Assembly (NCBI GenBank): GCA_965372275.1
Contig: CBDVBS010000001.1
Location: 1 to 25,165 of the forward strand
Direction of reading: 5' to 3'
DNA length: 25,165 bases
Source: an uncultured bacterium
Lineage (GTDB): Bacteria; JAJVIF01; JAPKYR01; CAZSPL01
Below are positions 1-7,110 of this stretch, in pieces. A program made the translations under genes and the position numbers. The notes beneath the pieces were generated by a model, which ran no database searches, was not told the DNA's origin, and was given only the letters and a program-made list of their open reading frames with translations. How positions within the stretch are numbered: position 1 is the stretch's first letter; the number at the start of each line of letters is the position of its first letter.

Positions 1-776
1 ACCAGTTCGCGTCAACGGCATAATTGAAAACGAGGAAATCTGAGGTGTTCTCACCGAAGTCGATCACATAATGCCGCCTGTTTGAAGCACCCGCCGAGAA
101 ACGTCCGCGAAGGCCCATGTTGAGTTCGATCACATCTTCGTTCGCGGTCAATCCGTCGGCGAAATACTTATATCCGTTGACCGTAGAATTATAAGACGCA
201 TATGAATCAGGCGCGCCGAGCAGCCCATCCTTGTAGCCGTATATTCCCTGGTCGTGGAACTCCCGGGGATTCCACCATCGCGTGAATCCGTCGGCATTGG
301 TTAATCGCGGCTCCATTGGGTGAGGAGATCACGATGTCGTCGTCCTCGAACCCGTCGAGGCTTCCGTCGGTGATCACAATCCCCTTCACATCGAATCCCA
401 TAAATTCCATCGCCCCGTAGAAAGGGTGAGTGATGATTATGTCGGTTTCGACGGTCCCGTTGTCCCAGTCAATGACGAGAGTTTCCCATCCGAGAGTAAG
501 GTTGGTGAGCGGCGGGGGCTCAAGGAACGGCAGCACGTTGACATGGAACTGCACATCCCGCAGCGGCACAACATCAACGGTTTTATTGGCAAGGTCGATT
601 GCGACGCTGAAGTAGCCGAGAAGTGTATGGGATTCCGAGCCTTCCGGCAAACGGGAGCCTGCTTCCTGCGGTGGGAGAGGTTCGATTAAATTACTCTCCC
701 CGGAGCTGCATGCACCCATGAAGTTCAGTGCCAATATCAGCAGGATTGCTACCGGAATATTCAACCTCAGGTTCAT
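1..776 (-). pseudogene. Lipoprotein of an uncharacterised family (paralogue of 9877..12285), interrupted by a frameshift near 314-328 and running off the window edge
   Basis: AGGAGG lies 8 nt before the ATG at 776, followed by a signal peptide with lipobox-like FMGAC. The ORF-track frame gives an unrelated tail after ...DDIVISSP. A second frame from 316 to the edge is open (MEPRLTNADGFTRWWNPREF...YKYFADGLTAN...FLVFNYAVDANW) and aligns by eye with the 9877 protein (NSDGYT...YRYFCDSLSAN...ILVFNYAIYANFNW). This is a true pseudogene or a sequence error. Confidence 0.8.
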
Positions 777-1017
777 CAACATATCCTCCTTAGGATCACC
801 ATTCATTCATCAGGTCCCCGACGCGTATTAAATCTTTCGATACACGGTTCAAAAATATCGAACCCTTCCATCGGTATACACTCTCCGCATAATTTTTCTG
901 ACTACATGCTTTGATGCATTTCATCGCGATTTACTATCAATACCCTTATCCGGCATAATTAATATGAATATCGTTTGAAGCGGAAAAATCCTTAGACGGA
1001 TGACGCATTTTTCAAGT

Positions 1018-1060
1018 CCGGGTGCCGTCTACAAGCGAGTCTTCGAAGCTTGTAGGTGAC
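1018..1060 (+). repeat. REP-like palindrome, family I
   Basis: CCGGGTGCCGT header, stem CTACAAGC (1029-1036) / GCTTGTAG (1048-1055), loop GAGTCTTCGAA. Confidence 0.75.
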
Positions 1061-1096
1061 CAGGCTAAAGGTTTCGCAGTGAATATATAATACGAG

Positions 1097-1163
1097 ACAC
1101 CCACAAGCACATACAATCCCCGTGAAAAATCTACATCAATTTGTGCTTGTGGGCGGCACCCAG
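1097..1163 (-). repeat. REP-like inverted repeat, family I long-loop variant (second copy at 24922-24987)
   Basis: ACACCCACAAGCAC-N32-GTGCTTGTGGGCGGCACCCAG; near-identical arms recur 24 kb away. Confidence 0.8.
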
Positions 1164-1191
1164 GTGTTCCGAAACAACGGGAAATTATCTT

Positions 1192-1299
1192 GATGGCACG
1201 GTCTGGCGAGTCTTCGAGGCTGACCGTGGTCTTGGCATGTGGTCCGGAATAACCACGGTCAGCCTCGGTTGCAGGGCAACCTCGACAGACCGTGCCGTC
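1192..1299. repeat. Inverted REP doublet (BIME/REPIN-like) forming a nested hairpin
   Basis: Outer arms GATGGCACGGTCTG (1192-1205) / CAGACCGTGCCGTC (1286-1299). Perfect 16-bp inner arms CGAGGCTGACCGTGGT (1215-1230) / ACCACGGTCAGCCTCG (1252-1267). GAGTCTTCGA at 1208-1217. Confidence 0.8.
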
Positions 1300-1330
1300 A
1301 CGAACGAGAGATTCATATATCAGGGTGCAG

Positions 1331-2302
1331 CTATAGGATGCCCTCACGCCGTTTTGCACTGAACCATTCGACGAATTTCGGTATTCCTTCCTTAATCGTT
1401 GTGGTCGGTTCATAACCCAATAGTTCCGTGCTGCGGGTCACATCGGAGTATGTGACAGGCACATCCCCGGGCGCCTCGGGATGGCGTTCGATAACCGGTT
1501 CAACGTCCATGGCATTTGCCACGGTACTCACGAGGTCGTTGAGCTTAACGAGATGCGTTGAGCCGAGGTTGAGGATCTCATATGGACCACCTTCGCGGTC
1601 AAGTGCGGCCACAAGTCCCTGCGTAATATCATTAATATATGTGTAATCACGCGATGATTCACCATCGCCGAATACCGGGATCGACTTGCCTTCATCCATC
1701 AGACGGGCGAATTTATGGATCGCCATCTCCGGCCTTTGACGAGGGCCATAGACGGTGAAGAAGCGAAGGGTGGTGGCTTTAAATCCGTAACGGTTGTGGT
1801 ATGCGTGAACATAACCCTCGGCGGCGAGTTTGCTCGCGGCGTATGGACTGATCGTAAGCTGGGTTGCATGATAAGGGGCGAACGGGATGTCTTCATTTAT
1901 GCCGTACACTGATGACGATGAGCCGTAGATGAAATGTTTGACACCCGATTCCGACGCCTTCCGGAGGAGGTTGATAGTGCCGATGACATTCAGTTGCTCA
2001 TAGAGGAACGGGTCATCCCATGATGGACGCACCCCTGCACGGGCGGCGAGATGGAGGATATCGGTGAAGTCGTATATTGAGAAGATATTATCGAGTTCGT
2101 CTTCATTGCGGATATCCCCGACGACGCCCATGAAGTTCGGACGATCCTGCGCGATTTTGATGTTATCCCTTTTTATTGCGGGGTCGTAGAAATCGTCGAA
2201 ATTATCGAGGCCGATAACCGTATGCCCCATTTCGAGGAATTTCTCGACGGCGTGACTTCCAATAAATCCTGCTGAACCGGTGACGAGAACCGTACGTTTC
2301 AT
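1331..2302 (-). CDS. NAD-dependent epimerase/dehydratase, UDP-glucuronate 4-epimerase-like extended SDR
   Basis: TGSAGFIG Rossmann motif, HLAARAGVR, SSSSVYG, catalytic YAASK, RFFTVYGPRQRPEMAIHKF, RDYTYI; GGAG RBS. Confidence 0.92.
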   Translation of the reverse strand: MKRTVLVTGSAGFIGSHAVEKFLEMGHTVIGLDNFDDFYDPAIKRDNIKIAQDRPNFMGVVGDIRNEDELDNIFSIYDFTDILHLAARAGVRPSWDDPFLYEQLNVIGTINLLRKASESGVKHFIYGSSSSVYGINEDIPFAPYHATQLTISPYAASKLAAEGYVHAYHNRYGFKATTLRFFTVYGPRQRPEMAIHKFARLMDEGKSIPVFGDGESSRDYTYINDITQGLVAALDREGGPYEILNLGSTHLVKLNDLVSTVANAMDVEPVIERHPEAPGDVPVTYSDVTRSTELLGYEPTTTIKEGIPKFVEWFSAKRREGIL

Positions 2303-2368
2303 TCGTGTCTCCTAAAGCGGACAAGGGTAGCGTGTAATGTAGAGGATGGCAAGTAGCATTGCGAGTAC

Positions 2369-2472
2369 GTAGCCCGGCATCTCATTTGCCGGGTAATAAA
2401 CTTGGGCGGGCTGATATTACTGGAGCGGAGTATAACGTGTGAAGAATCCCGGCAAGTGAGATGCCGGGCTAC
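2369..2472. repeat. GTAG-type REP doublet (REPIN-like), family II
   Basis: GTAGCCCGGCATCTCATTTGCCGGG (2369-2393) and its inverted copy CCCGGCAAGTGAGATGCCGGGCTAC (2448-2472), one mismatch. The GTAG tetranucleotide precedes the palindrome. Confidence 0.85.
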
Positions 2473-2480
2473 GATACTGC

Positions 2481-2510
2481 TTGATGGGGAATACCGTTAT
2501 GGCCTATAAT
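2481..2510 (+). promoter_or_regulatory. Putative sigma70 promoter of the DUF4268 gene
   Basis: TTGATG-N18-TATAAT, 29 nt upstream of the ATG at 2540. Confidence 0.5.
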
Positions 2511-2539
2511 TTACATAACCTATTCTTGGGGTAAAACTT

Positions 2540-3517
2540 ATGAATCAATCAGAACTCGGACGGTTAGAGAAAGCCAATCCTCGGGAAGTCTGGAAGAACG
2601 AAGCGACGGACTTCACGCCTTGGCTGGCTGAACAAGAAAACCTGAAACTCCTCGGGGACTCAATTGGCGCGGACCTCGAACTGGTATCCGTTGAGGAAAG
2701 CGTGGGTTCCTTCTACGCGGACATCCTCTGCAAAGACGCATTTAACGGCACATACGTTATTATTGAGAACCAGCTTACTAAGACCGATCATTCTCATCTG
2801 GGTCAATTGCTTATTTATGCTGCGGGATTGAACGCCTCAACAATCATCTGGATCGCGGAGCTGTTCACCGAGGAGCACCGTGCCGCACTGGACTGGTTGA
2901 ATAATCGCACGTCCGAGGATGTCAACTTCTTCGGACTTGAAATAGAACTATGGCGTATCGGTAAGTCCTCCTACGCGCCGAATTTTAATATTGTATGCAA
3001 ACCCAATGAATGGAGCCGGGATTTCAAAGGGAAGGCTGATGATAAGGAGCTTTCAGATTTGCAGTGTCTTCAGTTGGAATACTGGACAGTATTTGACAGG
3101 CTAATAAGGAAAAACTCAATAAATATCAAGCCCAAGAAACCCCGGGCGGCCCATTCAATGCGGTTCTCCATCCAACGGTCGGGATTCATACTCTCAGCAG
3201 TAGCCTCAACCTGGAATTCCGAAATGGATAATTGGGAAACCAGCGAAATCCGTGTAGGGATTGTCATTGACCACAGAAACGCTGATCAATATTTTAGTTT
3301 ACTCATTAAAGACAAAAATGATATTGAGCAGGCTCTTGGAGAATCCTTGGTTTGGGAGAATCTGGACGGTGTTAAGAGAAGCAAGATATCCCTCAGAAAA
3401 GCGGCTGACATCAACAATAAGAAGGAATGGGACAAACAGCATAAGTGGTTGCTGGACAGGCTCGAAGCGATACATGCGGTTTTCAGTCCCCGCATCAGCC
3501 AATTACCAAGGGAATAA
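2540..3517 (+). CDS. DUF4268-domain protein with N-terminal PD-(D/E)XK/NucS-like nuclease region
   Basis: REVWKNEATDFTPWL, ADILCKD, IIENQL..TDHSHLGQL, IIWIA..F..EHRAALDWLN, and a C-terminal IEQALGESLVWE...KRSKI segment typical of DUF4268. Confidence 0.8.
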   Translation: MNQSELGRLEKANPREVWKNEATDFTPWLAEQENLKLLGDSIGADLELVSVEESVGSFYADILCKDAFNGTYVIIENQLTKTDHSHLGQLLIYAAGLNASTIIWIAELFTEEHRAALDWLNNRTSEDVNFFGLEIELWRIGKSSYAPNFNIVCKPNEWSRDFKGKADDKELSDLQCLQLEYWTVFDRLIRKNSINIKPKKPRAAHSMRFSIQRSGFILSAVASTWNSEMDNWETSEIRVGIVIDHRNADQYFSLLIKDKNDIEQALGESLVWENLDGVKRSKISLRKAADINNKKEWDKQHKWLLDRLEAIHAVFSPRISQLPRE

Positions 3518-3617
3518 AAATGTTTTGTTTACCGGGATAAATTATCCATTTAGTATTATAGCATTTCAACCCCCTTTGTCAGGAATTAATCCAGAGCTAC
3601 ATCCTATCAAGGGGCAG

Positions 3618-3628
3618 TGCCGGGCTAC
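3618..3628 (-). repeat. Partial family II REP (half-site)
   Basis: TGCCGGGCTAC is identical to 2462-2472; only 11 nt. Confidence 0.45.
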
Positions 3629-3657
3629 ATGAGTAGTAACTTCTAAATATGCAGCCA

Positions 3658-4719
3658 TCAATTAAACCGGAAGAACAGCACATCCCCTTCCCGGACGGTG
3701 TATTGTTTTTTTTCGATGTTGAGTTTGCCCGCGTCGCGGATGGACTTGACGGAGCCGTGTTCCTCGAGGTCGCGGAAGTTGAAGACCTCGGCGCGGATGA
3801 AACCCTTCTGGATATCGGTATGCACCTTGCCCGCCGCGTCGTGAGCGTTGGAGCCGCGCTTAAGCTGCAACGCGCGGGCCTCTTTATCATTGCCGACATA
3901 GAAGGTGATGGAGTCGAGAATATCGTATGCGGCTTTGACGATGAAATCGCAACAGAGTTCGCCGTAGCCGTATTCATTAAGGAACGCCAACTTCTCATCG
4001 TGATCTTCAATTTCGAGGAGTTCACATTCCAGACCGACGGGAGTACCGATGCCCATGAATCCCTTGGAGTTACATTCACGTAATGCTCTTTCGACGTCAG
4101 CTTTCTCGGACCGGAAGTTGACATTGACGATCCCAATGGCGGGTTTCTTTGACATAAACGCGAAGTGGGAAAGCATCTTCTCATCGCTCGGCAGAAATTC
4201 GATATCCTTCAGGGGTTGTTCCTTTTCAAGGATCTCTTTCACTTTCATCAGGACGTCGCGTTCGGGGATGCCGTCCTTTTTGCCGCGTCCGATCTCCTGG
4301 GAGAGTTTCCTGAGACGGTTATCGACAACCTCAAGGTCGCTGAGGATCAACTCGTCGCTGAGATCGCGCAGATCGCGTATGGGGTCAACTGTGCCGCGCG
4401 GGTTGTAGATGTTTTCATCGATGAACCCGCGTACCAGCAGCAGCAGGGCGTCGGCGGCCCGCGCGTGGCCGAGGAATTCATCGGACAATGCCCTTTCGCC
4501 GCCGGTCAGGTTATCGACATCAAGGAATGTGATTTCAGCGGGAGAGATCTTCTCGCTTTCATATTCCTTTGCCACCCGGTCCAACCTTGGATCGGGAACC
4601 TTATGGTTGAGCAGGTTCAATACCGGGGCTTTCCCGGACGGCGGATTTGCCTTCCCGCCCAATATTCTGAACAGGCTCGTCTTACCCGCACCATGATATC
4701 CCACGATTGCAATACGCAT
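3658..4719 (-). CDS. YchF/Obg-like NTPase with C-terminal TGS (DUF933) domain; divergent paralogue
   Basis: Walker A GYHGAGKT, KVPDPRLD, DLRDLSDELILSDL, C-terminal ITFY...GSNAHDAAGKVHTDIQKGFIRAEV...Y.VREGDVLFFRFN. Confidence 0.85.
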   Translation of the reverse strand: MRIAIVGYHGAGKTSLFRILGGKANPPSGKAPVLNLLNHKVPDPRLDRVAKEYESEKISPAEITFLDVDNLTGGERALSDEFLGHARAADALLLLVRGFIDENIYNPRGTVDPIRDLRDLSDELILSDLEVVDNRLRKLSQEIGRGKKDGIPERDVLMKVKEILEKEQPLKDIEFLPSDEKMLSHFAFMSKKPAIGIVNVNFRSEKADVERALRECNSKGFMGIGTPVGLECELLEIEDHDEKLAFLNEYGYGELCCDFIVKAAYDILDSITFYVGNDKEARALQLKRGSNAHDAAGKVHTDIQKGFIRAEVFNFRDLEEHGSVKSIRDAGKLNIEKKQYTVREGDVLFFRFN

Positions 4720-4725
4720 CGGTCA

Positions 4726-5808
4726 TCACCTCTCCGGCAAGAATACGGTGAAATAGAAGTCAGTGACATCACCTTCAGTGAGGATGTCGTTTATCATATC
4801 CATCAATTCACGGCCTGTTTCGAAACGGCTGTCTTCTAAGGATGACCAGGCACGTCCAGAAAGAGCCTCGCGTGTAAGTGCAACGATATCGGGATGTTTC
4901 AGATCGAGTTCTTTAGCCACCGCTTTGGCCGGCACTTCGAGCGCGAAGGCGAATCGCAGCTTGCGGTAAGGCTCGCTGTCGGCGCCCAGGTCAACCATCA
5001 TAACCGGGTCTTCGAAACCGTGATAGATATCCGAGAAGAAGTTATCTATATCGTCGTCACCATCTTCCCCGTCATCCGATGCTTCTTTCCCGATGAAAGT
5101 GCGGGAGAACGTGTTTACTTCGTAGTCAGAGAATGTCGTGGTCATGACCAACTCGGTACCGTCAAGGAAATCCGCCCGTGTTTCGATAACATCGGGAAGC
5201 ATGAATCCGTCGATGGTCGTGTATTCGATTTCGCTCCGGAAGAGGATATTTTCATCGTCGTGGGTGAGTATCATCTCCGTATAGATGGGGATATCGTCCG
5301 ATTCGCGTATGTAGAGTCCGAACGGGGGGCGGAAGTTGGTCTCTTCAATCGGAGTGAAGTGCAGAACATGGCATTCGGTACCGTCGTGCTCATCCATGCC
5401 GACATACTCGATATCGTACACGGCCAACAATGCCTGCTTGAGTGCCGGGTTTGACAGCATTACCGGATCATCACCCCTGAGACGTGTGCTACTCAGGACG
5501 TCCAGACCGGTTACCGGGGAATTTGTTATCTCCATTCTGAAATCAAACGGTGCAATGTAGGTGATGTCCATTCCGATGACGGGCATTTCAAGCAGGGCGA
5601 GGAAACCCATGCTGCCGGAAGGGTCGCCATCGACGCGGGTTTCCATTTCGGCGTGGCATGTGAATCCCGACAATCCTTCCGGATGCCGCGCATCGGAGAT
5701 GTCATCGAGTATTGCCTCGGCTTTGGGATCGGCATCGGCCAAGGTGAGTGTGGGTAAATTGAAGAGCAGCAGTATGAATAATGCCGTATATAAGGTTACT
5801 CGTTTCAT
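4726..5808 (-). CDS. Secreted protein with a LolA-like/lipoprotein-sorting-fold domain fused to a C-terminal FliL-like domain
   Basis: Signal peptide from the ATG at 5808. Central YDIEYVGMDEHDGTECHVLHFTP...LYIRESDDIP resembles LolA-like folds. After an acidic linker, the C-terminus VDLG...KLRFAFALEV...ELMDMINDILTEGDVTDFYFTVFL matches the FliL pattern. Confidence 0.6.
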   Translation of the reverse strand: MKRVTLYTALFILLLFNLPTLTLADADPKAEAILDDISDARHPEGLSGFTCHAEMETRVDGDPSGSMGFLALLEMPVIGMDITYIAPFDFRMEITNSPVTGLDVLSSTRLRGDDPVMLSNPALKQALLAVYDIEYVGMDEHDGTECHVLHFTPIEETNFRPPFGLYIRESDDIPIYTEMILTHDDENILFRSEIEYTTIDGFMLPDVIETRADFLDGTELVMTTTFSDYEVNTFSRTFIGKEASDDGEDGDDDIDNFFSDIYHGFEDPVMMVDLGADSEPYRKLRFAFALEVPAKAVAKELDLKHPDIVALTREALSGRAWSSLEDSRFETGRELMDMINDILTEGDVTDFYFTVFLPER

Positions 5809-5999
5809 AATAAAAAGGGCTCCTCCTTGCAGGACCGGCATATTTCATGATATCACATTGCTATAACGTGTTCATTCCCGCACGGGGAGGGTCGGTTAAA
5901 TTTCCGTCAAAATATCGTATCCGTGTCGGAAAGAGCTTCCAGTTGATATCATAGTGCAACATCGTTGCATGTTGCGAGTCTTAAGCACGGTGAGGATTA

Positions 6000-7058
6000 T
6001 TGACCGAATCGGAGGAAAAGAAAAACGCGGACAACCCCGATGAGAATCCGGGTAACGCAGAGGATTTCGTAGAGGAAACCCTGCTGGAATTTACCGATGA
6101 GGCCAGCGGCGACGAGTCGATATCGGATATCGGTGAGGCGTCCGAATCGGGGGATGATTACGTGCACCGGAAGGGCGGTATAAGTGTCGATGAGGTCCTG
6201 TCGAAGAGGCGCCTGCTGGAATTTGAGGCTCCCGCAATCGAAATAGAGCAACTGGCTGCTGCTGAATCAGGGGATGATGCCGCGATTCACGATGCCCGCC
6301 CCGAAGTGAAAGCCGATCCGGTTGAGAAGGAAGAGAAGAAGCGTCCGCTTGAAATAAGGACGACGCCGTTGGGAGAAGGTCAATGGGAGGTTAAGCAGAC
6401 CAGACCGGAAGACGCCGAGGCTAAGGTCAGGGCGGATAAGTTTGAAGTCAAGCCGGTTCCAGGCGATAAGGTCAGGGTTGATCACGCGCATCTCACCAGG
6501 CTGGATGAAAGTCTCAAGGATGAATTAATTAGGATCAGGAAAGAGACGGACCGGGTGTTGATACCGGGTGAATTCCTCGAAGCGCGCAGGCGCCTTGCCG
6601 AGGAAGGGGTGCTTGAGTGCCCGGTGTGTAAGATACAAGTGGAGAACAGGCCCGCCAAGGTGGATCATTGCCCGAAATGCGGACTTGCGCTGGATGATTA
6701 CCTTGGGGAGTACAAGGCTGATTGGGAACGTAAGTACAGGTTTAACCTCACATCTACCGCTAAGGAACAAGAGGACGTTACCACCAGTATTAAGGACCTA
6801 TTCCCTTTAAAGAAAAAGCGTGAGAGGACAAAATGGGAAGATTGGAAGGAAGAGCAGGGATTAGATCCCGAGGCCGAACTACTCGCGTGTCCGGATTGCA
6901 GTTATACTGTATATGATGATCCATTCGTGGCGAACAGGTGTCCCAATTGCAGGATACCGCTCGATCTGCATCTTCAGTTTCCGCGTCCATATGTCGAGGA
7001 ACGTGAGAAGAGTACTAAAGGACGACGGAGGGGGTTGGAAAAGAAGAAAAAGAAATAA
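6000..7058 (+). CDS. Hypothetical protein with acidic N-terminus and two zinc ribbons
   Basis: CPVC-x13-CPKC and CPDC-x13-CPNC; TTG start after GAGGA; basic C-terminal tail. Confidence 0.7.
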   Translation: MTESEEKKNADNPDENPGNAEDFVEETLLEFTDEASGDESISDIGEASESGDDYVHRKGGISVDEVLSKRRLLEFEAPAIEIEQLAAAESGDDAAIHDARPEVKADPVEKEEKKRPLEIRTTPLGEGQWEVKQTRPEDAEAKVRADKFEVKPVPGDKVRVDHAHLTRLDESLKDELIRIRKETDRVLIPGEFLEARRRLAEEGVLECPVCKIQVENRPAKVDHCPKCGLALDDYLGEYKADWERKYRFNLTSTAKEQEDVTTSIKDLFPLKKKRERTKWEDWKEEQGLDPEAELLACPDCSYTVYDDPFVANRCPNCRIPLDLHLQFPRPYVEEREKSTKGRRRGLEKKKKK

Positions 7059-7110
7059 GGGCAACAACCCTTATTGACCGATTAAATTATATCGACGGGT
7101 TGAGGGTTCT

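Noticed and set aside
1012-1413. ORFs 1012..1413, 1141..1362 and 24855..25070
   Set aside because: They run across REP palindromes and have no recognisable motifs.
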